Assembly (NCBI RefSeq): GCF_031381455.1
Contig: NZ_JANMXZ010000048.1
Location: 16,972-80,971 of the forward strand
Length of the DNA: 64,000 nucleotides
Reading direction: 5' to 3'
From: Flavobacterium sp.
GTDB lineage: Bacteria; Bacteroidota; Bacteroidia; Flavobacteriales; Flavobacteriaceae
This document shows positions 28,496-36,316 of the stretch, in pieces. Positions within the stretch are counted from its first letter, which is position 1, and every line of letters starts with the position of its first letter. A model generated the notes under the pieces. That model worked only from the letters and a program-made list of their open reading frames with translations, ran no database searches and had not been told where the DNA came from. Position numbers and translations under genes: made by a program.

Positions 28496-31400
28496 ATGAA
28501 ATATCATCACGAAAAAATCGAAGAAAAATGGCAAAAGTATTGGGCTAAAAACCAAACTTTTGCTGCCAGCAATAATTCAGACAAGCCAAAATATTACGTA
28601 CTCGACATGTTTCCGTATCCTTCCGGTGCCGGACTTCACGTTGGTCATCCGTTAGGTTATATTGCTTCCGATATTGTGGCGCGTTTCAAACGACACAAAG
28701 GTTTTAATGTGTTGCATCCGCAAGGCTACGATTCTTTTGGACTTCCCGCGGAGCAATACGCAATTCAAACCGGGCAACATCCCGAAAAAACAACTCGAGA
28801 AAATATTGCGCGTTACCGTGAACAATTAGACAAAATAGGTTTTTCATTCGATTGGAGTAGAGAAGTACGTACTTCAAATGCCGATTATTACAAACATACG
28901 CAGTGGATTTTCATTCAATTATTCAATTCTTGGTATAACAAGGATACGGACAAAGCCGAAGACATATCGACACTAATTGACATTTTTGAAAAAGCCGGAA
29001 ATGCAACAGTGCATGCGGTTTGCGATGACAATATTGAAATCTTTTTCAAGTCAGAATGGAATGCTTTTTCAGAAGAAGAAAAGCAAAAAAGATTATTACA
29101 ATACCGATTAACCTATTTGGCAGAAACCGAAGTAAACTGGTGTCCTGCTTTGGGAACAGTTTTGGCGAATGACGAAATCGTAAACGGCGTTTCCGAGCGT
29201 GGTGGTCATCCGGTTATTCGTAAAAAAATGACACAATGGTCGATGCGAATTTCTGCTTATGCTGAAAGATTATTGCAAGGCTTAGAATCCATCGATTGGA
29301 GCGAATCTATCAAAGAATCACAACGCAATTGGATTGGAAAATCGGTTGGAGCTACAGTAAAGTTCTCCGTTCTCGGTTCTCCGTTGTCAGAGCAACCGAC
29401 AACCATTGATGTTTTCACTACGCGTCCTGATACGATTTTCGGAGTTACCTTTATGACTTTGGCTCCGGAACACGAATTGGTTTCAATTATCACAACTCCA
29501 GCACAAAAAGCAGCCGTTGAAAGTTATATAGAAGCAACAGCAAAACGATCGGAACGTGAGAGAATGGCGGATGTAAAAACCATTTCCGGAGTTTTCACTG
29601 GCGCTTATGCCGAACATCCATTTACAAAAGAATCGATTCCGGTTTGGATTGGCGATTACGTTTTAGCAGGTTACGGAACCGGAGCGGTTATGGCGGTGCC
29701 TTGTGGAGATGAAAGAGATTATGCTTTCGCGAATCATTTCAAAGGCAATCCCGAAACTTCGGGAGGAATGCCGGAAATTAAAAATATTTTCAATCAAGAT
29801 ATTTCGCAGGAAGCGTTTGCTTCTAAAGATGGTTTTGAATTGATAAATTCTGATTTCCTAAACGGTTTGGGTTATAAAGCCGCAACCAAAAAAATCATCG
29901 AAGAACTAGAAAAAGTTCACCACGGAAAAGGCAAAACCAATTACCGTTTGCGCGATGCGGTTTTCTCCAGACAAAGATATTGGGGAGAGCCATTTCCAGT
30001 TTATTATGTAAATGGAATGCCTCAGATGATAGACTCAAAATATTTACCAATCATTTTACCTGAAGTTGAAAAGTACTTGCCAACCGAAGATGGACAGCCA
30101 CCTTTAGGCAATGCAACGGATTGGGCTTGGGATAGTGTTCAGTGTTCAGTGGTTAGTAATCAGTTGATTGATGAAGCGACAATATTTCCGTTAGAATTAA
30201 ACACCATGCCGGGTTGGGCAGGAAGTTCATGGTATTGGATGCGTTATATGGATGCGCATAATGACGCCGAATTTGCTAGCAAAGACGCATTGAAATATTG
30301 GGAAAGCGTTGACTTATACATAGGCGGAAGCGAACACGCCACAGGCCACTTATTATACTCGCGTTTTTGGAACAAATTCCTAAAAGACAAAGGCTTTGCG
30401 CCAACCGAAGAGCCTTTCAAGAAGTTGATTAATCAGGGAATGATTTTGGGAGAAAGCGCTTTTTTATTTGTGTTACAGACCAGATTTGGTGAGAAAAGCG
30501 GACAAACTCAGGTGATAATTTCTAAAGAATTATATACACAGTTTATTAATGGAGGTTCAATAGATATTTTACCTATTGTTCTAAAAAGCTATCTATATGA
30601 GAGAATGAGCTTTCAACTTGAATTCAATCAAGATTTAAACGGGTTGCCATTTAATTTTATTTGCTACAGAACTCCAGTTGATGTAAACTATGTTAATTTG
30701 AAAAACGAAATTGTAGTTGATGAACTTCAAGATGACAATAGGTACAAGATTGATATTTTGAATTCTTCATGTTTTGATGGTGATGTAATAACAAGTGGTG
30801 ATAGAATCGAGATTCTTTCAGTTCATAGAGAAGTAGAAAAAATGTCTAAATCAAAATACAATGTCGTTAATCCTGATGATATCTGTAATGATTATGGTGC
30901 CGATACTTTGCGTTTGTATGAAATGTTCCTTGGTCCATTAGAACAAGCAAAACCATGGAATACTGCCGGAATTACCGGAGTTTCAGGCTTCCTGAAAAAA
31001 CTGTGGCGTTTGTATTTTGATGACAATACAGGTTTAAATATTTCTGATGAAGAACCAACAGCAGACATGTACAAATCATTACACAAAACCATCAAAAAAG
31101 TAACCGAAGATATCGAGAATTTCTCATTCAATACTTCAGTATCACAGTTTATGATTTGTGTAAACGAATTGGCAACGCTAAAATGCCATCACCGAAAAAT
31201 ATTGGAACCATTGGCAATTGTAATTTCACCTTATGCGCCACATATTGCTGAAGAACTTTGGTCACAATTAGGGCACGAAGGTTCAATTTCAACAGTAGAT
31301 TTTCCAATCGTTAACGAGAAATACTTAGTAGAATCAGAAAAAGAATATCCAGTTTCCTTCAACGGGAAAATGCGTTTTACGATTAAATTGTCTTTAGATT

Positions 31401-31522
31401 TAACGGTGCAGCAGATTCAGGAAATTGTTTTGGCAGACGAAAGAACCATTAAACAACTTGACGGCAGAACACCAAATAAAGTCATTATCGTTCCAGGGAA
31501 AGTGATTAATCTGGTAGGTTAA
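28496..31522 (+). CDS. leuS: leucine--tRNA ligase (unusually long, 1008 aa)
   Basis: HIGH-type HVGHPLGY, the CP1 editing region, KMSKS at residues 782-786, and a C-terminal anticodon-binding domain. Confidence 0.95.
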   Translation: MKYHHEKIEEKWQKYWAKNQTFAASNNSDKPKYYVLDMFPYPSGAGLHVGHPLGYIASDIVARFKRHKGFNVLHPQGYDSFGLPAEQYAIQTGQHPEKTTRENIARYREQLDKIGFSFDWSREVRTSNADYYKHTQWIFIQLFNSWYNKDTDKAEDISTLIDIFEKAGNATVHAVCDDNIEIFFKSEWNAFSEEEKQKRLLQYRLTYLAETEVNWCPALGTVLANDEIVNGVSERGGHPVIRKKMTQWSMRISAYAERLLQGLESIDWSESIKESQRNWIGKSVGATVKFSVLGSPLSEQPTTIDVFTTRPDTIFGVTFMTLAPEHELVSIITTPAQKAAVESYIEATAKRSERERMADVKTISGVFTGAYAEHPFTKESIPVWIGDYVLAGYGTGAVMAVPCGDERDYAFANHFKGNPETSGGMPEIKNIFNQDISQEAFASKDGFELINSDFLNGLGYKAATKKIIEELEKVHHGKGKTNYRLRDAVFSRQRYWGEPFPVYYVNGMPQMIDSKYLPIILPEVEKYLPTEDGQPPLGNATDWAWDSVQCSVVSNQLIDEATIFPLELNTMPGWAGSSWYWMRYMDAHNDAEFASKDALKYWESVDLYIGGSEHATGHLLYSRFWNKFLKDKGFAPTEEPFKKLINQGMILGESAFLFVLQTRFGEKSGQTQVIISKELYTQFINGGSIDILPIVLKSYLYERMSFQLEFNQDLNGLPFNFICYRTPVDVNYVNLKNEIVVDELQDDNRYKIDILNSSCFDGDVITSGDRIEILSVHREVEKMSKSKYNVVNPDDICNDYGADTLRLYEMFLGPLEQAKPWNTAGITGVSGFLKKLWRLYFDDNTGLNISDEEPTADMYKSLHKTIKKVTEDIENFSFNTSVSQFMICVNELATLKCHHRKILEPLAIVISPYAPHIAEELWSQLGHEGSISTVDFPIVNEKYLVESEKEYPVSFNGKMRFTIKLSLDLTVQQIQEIVLADERTIKQLDGRTPNKVIIVPGKVINLVG

Positions 31523-31553
31523 TTTTCTTTTGCCTTGATGCAAAAGACCCGAG

Positions 31554-31595
31554 GCGAAGCTGAACGAAGCGAAGCTGAACGAAGCGAAGCTAAAC
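31554..31595. repeat. 15-nt tandem repeat (gcgaagctgaacgaa) x about 2.7
   Basis: Read directly. It is flanked by the inverted gccttgat / atcaaggc pair. Confidence 0.8.
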
Positions 31596-31736
31596 AAAAA
31601 ATCAAGGCTCTGACCCGAGCCGTAGGCGAACGGATGAAATAATCTTCGGCGGTCAAATCTATTCTTAAATCTTAAATATTTGAAATTAAAAGGAGGACTG
31701 CCAGTGGCAGTCAGGTATTTTTTGTTTAATTTATCC

Positions 31737-31773
31737 CCGAATGTCCACTGGACATTCTCCTCTTAATATCAAA
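31737..31773. repeat. 37-nt interspersed repeat, copy 2
   Basis: Identical to 24338-24374. Confidence 0.9.
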
Positions 31774-31902
31774 TGCTCAGACAGCTTTTCATTTTACAGA
31801 TTTTTCGAATATTTGACACTCGCCTGCGAGATTCTAATGCCGATGCTACACTTCAAATGTAACCTTTTTTTATTTTTTCGTATAAGAAGAAAAAACAACA
31901 TT

Positions 31903-32088
31903 ATGAAAAAACACGAAATCCACACCATTGTTGAAAAAGCTGGTTTCAGCAGCATGAAAGAAAAGCTAACCGACAAAGTAGCGCACTTTCTGAACGAAAA
32001 AGCAAATGCAGGTTACGAAATTATAAGTGTCAATTTCACTTATTATGAGGCCGCAGAACTTGTTGCTTTTATCACAATTTGCAGATAA
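31903..32088 (+). CDS. small hypothetical protein (61 aa)
   Basis: MKKHEIHTIVEKAGFSS...GYEIISVNFTYYEAAELVAFITICR. The upstream part of the 115-aa ORF lies in repeat DNA, so I used the internal ATG. Confidence 0.4.
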   Translation: MKKHEIHTIVEKAGFSSMKEKLTDKVAHFLNEKANAGYEIISVNFTYYEAAELVAFITICR

Positions 32089-32158
32089 ATGTCAAGATGT
32101 CATTGCAAAGATAATGGCGTACAATTTGATGAAAGGATAAAAACTAATTTTATAAATC

Positions 32159-32854
32159 ATGATAGGATATTATATTTTAATCGGCTTGATTGCCTTAGTC
32201 AGTTTTGCCGTTAGCTCTAAGTTAAAGAGTAAATTCGAGGAATACTCACACGTTCATTTACGCAACGGCATGAGTGGTGCAGAAATCGCCACCCAAATGC
32301 TACACGATCACGGTATTTATGATGTTAAAGTCATATCAACACCGGGACAATTAACAGATCATTACAATCCAGCCGATAAAACAGTTAATCTCAGTGAGAC
32401 CGTTTACAACGAACGGAATGCTTCGGCTGCAGCAGTTGCTGCACACGAATGTGGTCACGCTGTTCAACACGCGACGGCATATACTATGTTACAGTTGCGC
32501 TCACAATTAGTTCCAGTTGTAAACGTTTCATCGACCTTATCGCAATGGTTAATTTTTGGAGGATTAATTCTCGGAGCCGGAGCGCATTTAGGTTTCGGAT
32601 TTTATGTAGCTGTTATCGGTTTGGTATTGATGGCAGTCGCTACTGCCTTTAGTTTTATTACATTGCCGGTCGAATACGATGCCAGCAACCGAGCTTTAGC
32701 ATGGCTGAAAAATAAAAACATGTTAAGCCAACAAGAATACGCCGGTGCCGAAGACGCCTTGAAATGGGCCGCACGTACTTATGTAGTTGCCGCTATCGGA
32801 GCGTTGGCTTCGCTCTTATACTGGGCACTCCAGGTTTTTGGAAATAGAAGATAA
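32159..32854 (+). CDS. membrane zinc metallopeptidase (YugP-like)
   Basis: 231 aa with an N-terminal TM, HECGHAVQH zinc motif and C-terminal TM segments. Confidence 0.8.
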   Translation: MIGYYILIGLIALVSFAVSSKLKSKFEEYSHVHLRNGMSGAEIATQMLHDHGIYDVKVISTPGQLTDHYNPADKTVNLSETVYNERNASAAAVAAHECGHAVQHATAYTMLQLRSQLVPVVNVSSTLSQWLIFGGLILGAGAHLGFGFYVAVIGLVLMAVATAFSFITLPVEYDASNRALAWLKNKNMLSQQEYAGAEDALKWAARTYVVAAIGALASLLYWALQVFGNRR

Positions 32855-32858
32855 ATTG

Positions 32859-32897
32859 AAATCCGTCTCGTTTTTTGGAACGAGACGGATTTTTTCT
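32859..32897 (+). terminator. intrinsic terminator
   Basis: aaatccgtctcg-ttttttggaa-cgagacggattt followed by a T run. Confidence 0.75.
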
Positions 32898-33024
32898 TTT
32901 ATACATTTCGTCGAACGGTTTTATAATCCATTTCCCGCAAGCCTTGTTATTCTTGAGTTTATTCAAAATATTTAAATCCTAAAGAATAATTTTTCGTAGA
33001 TTTGAGCATCTAATACCACAATAG

Positions 33025-33603
33025 ATGATTATACTTTATTCAAACGAAGAATTTCGGGAAATCGAGACAGATATTTCCTTGAAATTTAGATACGCTGTTT
33101 CTAATAGAGGAAGGCTCATAAGTTTTTCAGAAAATTTTATGGACGGAAACGAATTAAAAGGATCTTATGCAGATGGCTATAAAACCTTTCGTTACGGAAA
33201 ATCGGTGAATGGAAAGAGAAGTTACAAGACCCTATTTATATACAAACTTGTGGCTGAATTATTTATTCCGAAAACGTCTGAAGAGCAGCAATATGTATTG
33301 CACTTAGATTATGTTCGCGATAATGATTTGGTAAAAAACCTAAAATGGGCTACATACGAAGAGAAACTGGCTCACCATAAGAAAAGCCCGCATGTTATCA
33401 ATTCATTGAGAAAATTAACAGAGCATAACATAAAAGCCGACGGTAGAAAGCTAACTACAACAAAGGTTATCCATTTAAAAAAGTTACTTAGTAAACCAAA
33501 TCAAAAAACACGTATCAAGATTTTGGCTAAACAATTCGGAATCAGTGAAATGCAGATTTACCGAATTAAGCGTGGCGAAAACTGGGGTCACATAAAAGTT
33601 TAA
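33025..33603 (+). CDS. free-standing HNH (HNH_3/NUMOD4-like) homing-endonuclease-like protein
   Basis: 192 aa with N-terminal ...YAVSNRGRLISF (NUMOD4-like), HLDYVRDNDLVKNLKWAT (H-N-N spacing of HNH_3), and C-terminal HTH ILAKQFGISEMQIYRIKRGENWGHI. Confidence 0.6.
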   Translation: MIILYSNEEFREIETDISLKFRYAVSNRGRLISFSENFMDGNELKGSYADGYKTFRYGKSVNGKRSYKTLFIYKLVAELFIPKTSEEQQYVLHLDYVRDNDLVKNLKWATYEEKLAHHKKSPHVINSLRKLTEHNIKADGRKLTTTKVIHLKKLLSKPNQKTRIKILAKQFGISEMQIYRIKRGENWGHIKV

Positions 33604-34074
33604 CTATAACTGAATCTGTCTTTCAATTTGTTGTTCTAAAGAAATAAACGTTTCTGTTCTGGAAACGCCATTAATAGGTTGAATTTTTTTGTTAAGCAGT
33701 TGCATCAAATGTTCGTTATCGCGGCAAATCATTTTGATTAAGATGCTCCAATTTCCTGTTGTATAGTGACATTCGAGAACTTCCGGGATTTTTTTAAGTT
33801 CTTTCACTGCTTCCGAATTACTCGAAGCTTTCTCGAGATAAATTCCAATAAACGCCATGGTTTTATAGCCCAAAACTTTATTATCTACAATTAGTTTCGA
33901 GCTGGCAATTACGCCTGCATCTTCCAGTTTTCGTAAACGTTGGTGAATCGCAGCACCGGAAATTCCGATTTTATTGGCGATTTGCAATATCGGTTTTCGG
34001 GCATCTTCCATAAGGTCGCGGAGGATTTCTTTATCGATACCGTCGATTTCTATTTGTAGTTGATTTATTTTCAT
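33604..34074 (-). CDS. Lrp/AsnC family transcriptional regulator
   Basis: N-terminal HTH (DKEILRDLMEDARKPILQIANKIGISGAAIHQRLRKLE) plus a C-terminal RAM/AsnC_trans_reg domain. I used the internal ATG at 34074. Confidence 0.9.
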   Translation of the reverse strand: MKINQLQIEIDGIDKEILRDLMEDARKPILQIANKIGISGAAIHQRLRKLEDAGVIASSKLIVDNKVLGYKTMAFIGIYLEKASSNSEAVKELKKIPEVLECHYTTGNWSILIKMICRDNEHLMQLLNKKIQPINGVSRTETFISLEQQIERQIQL

Positions 34075-34118
34075 TGTATAAATTTGAAATGTCATTATCG
34101 GATAAAATCCGAATTATT

Positions 34119-34333
34119 TATATGTCGCCCCGCTGGGGCTTAAAAACATAGAACAACCTTTTTCTACCAAGATTTAGCTCCTAAAGGAGCTTTTTTACTC
34201 CCATCGGGACTGCATTTTTGTAGTTTTCTACCAAGATTTAGACCCTAAAGGAGCTTTTATAGTCCCATCGGGACTGCATGTTGGTAGATAATTTATCAAT
34301 CCAAAAGTGTGAGCCCCAGCGGGGCGATATATA
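34119..34333. mobile_element. MITE-like composite: 22-bp terminal inverted repeats flanking two 64-bp-period direct repeats
   Basis: Left end tatatgtcgccccgctggggct (34119-34140) matches the reverse complement of 34312-34333 at 21/22. Internal units at 34162-34215 and 34226-34279 each contain hairpins agctcc-taa-aggagct and gtccc-atc-gggac. No ORF is present. Confidence 0.5.
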
Positions 34334-34481
34334 ATATGAGTTAATAATTAGCCCTAATGTACAGTTATATTGTATTTTTATTAAAAAACAGTTTATTTTA
34401 AAGCAAAAATAGAAATTTTGTTTTAAGTTATAAGTAAAAGATTTGATTAACAACTGATTTAACAAAAGGCCATGGCTAAAT

Positions 34482-34560
34482 AGCCCTGATGGGAGTGGCA
34501 CGAAGTATAACGGACAGCAGGAATTACCATTCCTAAAATGCCCAAACCATTCGCTTCAAA
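34482..34560. repeat. ~80-nt interspersed repeat, copy 1 (agccctgat...cccaaaccattcgcttcaaa)
   Basis: It shares conserved ends and the internal cggaNagcagga block with 44638-44718. Confidence 0.6.
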
Positions 34561-34603
34561 TAACTCAGTAACTCAGCTTCTCAGGAACTTAGTAACTCAG
34601 AAA

Positions 34604-35977
34604 TTAATTCCCCAACAACTTATCAGGATTATAACCTACGTAAGGCATTTCGGTTTCGTGAAAAACAATACCATGTGTTGCCATTTCTTTCAAAATAGGT
34701 TCGTATACTTCTTTTTTAATTGGTAATTGTACACCAGGTGTTTTGATGTTGCCATTCAAAATTTGTAAAGTCGCTATCGCAACAGGTAAGCCAACGGTTT
34801 TTGCCATCGCGGTATAGATTTGGTCATCACCGATGCAAACCATTTTGGAATCTATTTGTTTGCGCTCGCCATCAAGTTCGTAACCAAATTTGTGGTACAT
34901 CACAATCATGTCTTTGTCTTCAGGTTGTAAGGTCCAACTGTCGTTTAAGATGCGTTCTAAAATTTGTGCCGGAGTAGCATTTTTGAGTCCAACAATCTTC
35001 TTTTTATTAAAGATATCGAGTTCCATTAATTTGTCCCACATGATGTCGTCTTGTTCAATACCAAGAGACATTCTGGTTTTTAATTCTACCGAGTCGGATG
35101 CGTGAAAAGGCAAAAAAGAATTTATAAAATCTCGATAACTCATCGTCTCTGAATTTTCCATGACATAAGAATCATCGGTCATGCCTAATTGCACAAACAT
35201 GTTCCAAGCTTTGGAAAAACCAACTCTACGGATTGTTCCGCGATATAACGTCAGGATATCATCAAGACCATAAATACTTCTGTATTTTAAGGAATCACGA
35301 TTAGCATAGCCTTCAAATTTTCCGAAACCTTCGACGTGAAAGAATTCGGTTCTGCGGAACAATTTGTGATACGGAATGTATTTGTATTTGCCTTCCTGAA
35401 TAAATTTCGCGGCACCACCTTGGCCAGCTAAAACCACGTTTCGTGGAGCCCATGTAAATTTGTAATTCCAAAGATTATTATCTGATTCCGGTGCTACTAA
35501 ACCGCCACAAAACGATTCAAATAAAATCATTTTACCGCCTTTGGCTTCAATTTCATGAATTACTTTCATGGCACTCATATGGTCAATGCCAGGATCGAGT
35601 CCCACTTCATTCATAAAAACCAAATTATTAGCCTTTACTGCTTCATCCAAGCTTTGCATTTCATCCGAAATATAAGAAGCCGTAACCATATTTTTTTTAA
35701 AAGTTACACAGTCTTTAGCCACTTCTATATGCATGTGTGCCGGTAACATGGAAATAACGATATCTGCTTTTTGAATTTCGGCTTGGCGCTGTTCAACATC
35801 ATTTATGTCTAAAGCAATTGGGGTTGCATTGGGATGATTATATGTTTTTCTTCTGGCTAATTCAATTGATAAATCGCCAAGTGTTACATTTAAGTCTTCC
35901 TGAGTAGATTTTCTTAAAAGATATTTTATTAGTGAAGATGCCGAACGTCCGGCACCGATGATTAAAATTTTTCTCAT
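34604..35977 (-). CDS. saccharopine dehydrogenase family protein
   Basis: 457 aa with N-terminal Rossmann motif KILIIGAGRSASS and family-typical length and blocks (GLDPGIDHM). Confidence 0.85.
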   Translation of the reverse strand: MRKILIIGAGRSASSLIKYLLRKSTQEDLNVTLGDLSIELARRKTYNHPNATPIALDINDVEQRQAEIQKADIVISMLPAHMHIEVAKDCVTFKKNMVTASYISDEMQSLDEAVKANNLVFMNEVGLDPGIDHMSAMKVIHEIEAKGGKMILFESFCGGLVAPESDNNLWNYKFTWAPRNVVLAGQGGAAKFIQEGKYKYIPYHKLFRRTEFFHVEGFGKFEGYANRDSLKYRSIYGLDDILTLYRGTIRRVGFSKAWNMFVQLGMTDDSYVMENSETMSYRDFINSFLPFHASDSVELKTRMSLGIEQDDIMWDKLMELDIFNKKKIVGLKNATPAQILERILNDSWTLQPEDKDMIVMYHKFGYELDGERKQIDSKMVCIGDDQIYTAMAKTVGLPVAIATLQILNGNIKTPGVQLPIKKEVYEPILKEMATHGIVFHETEMPYVGYNPDKLLGN

Positions 35978-35987
35978 GCTGTTGTTT

Positions 35988-36314
35988 TTATTCCAAATCC
36001 TTTTCTAAATCTTCGAGTTCTTTTTTGGCTTCTTTTTTGGTTTCAATTTTTTCTTTTTCAAATTTGGTGTCTTTCACCACCTCGTCTTTTATTAGAAGTG
36101 TTTTCCCCAAAACAAATACGGAGGAAAGAACACATAAAAGTAGTAAAATATTAGGAAGTTTTTTTTGATTTGCCTCAGATTTTTTAAGCAATAACAAACA
36201 AAAAACCATAGCCAACCCAATTGGTAAAAAAGCAATAGTATCCATCGGCAAAGCCGAAAAAACAATTGCTAAAATCGTAAATAGTATTCCTAAAACTAAA
36301 TATAATTTTCTCAT
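35988..36314 (-). CDS. small membrane protein with charged C-terminal tail
   Basis: 108 aa with 3 TM segments, then a KE-rich tail. Confidence 0.4.
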   Translation of the reverse strand: MRKLYLVLGILFTILAIVFSALPMDTIAFLPIGLAMVFCLLLLKKSEANQKKLPNILLLLCVLSSVFVLGKTLLIKDEVVKDTKFEKEKIETKKEAKKELEDLEKDLE

Positions 36315-36316
36315 GA

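Noticed and set aside
30452-30832. Intein or homing-endonuclease insertion in leuS
   Set aside because: The segment is only about 125 residues and lacks the N-terminal Cys/Ser and C-terminal His-Asn-Cys/Ser/Thr splice junction motifs and any LAGLIDADG or HNH block. I report it instead as an in-frame domain expansion.
34238-34501. 87-aa minus-strand ORF in the saccharopine dehydrogenase/lrp gap (also 59032-59238 and 58993-59181)
   Set aside because: It is translated from hairpin repeat DNA (…SPRWGSHF…, …MQSRWDYKSSFRV). Such reading frames are by-products of the repeats.
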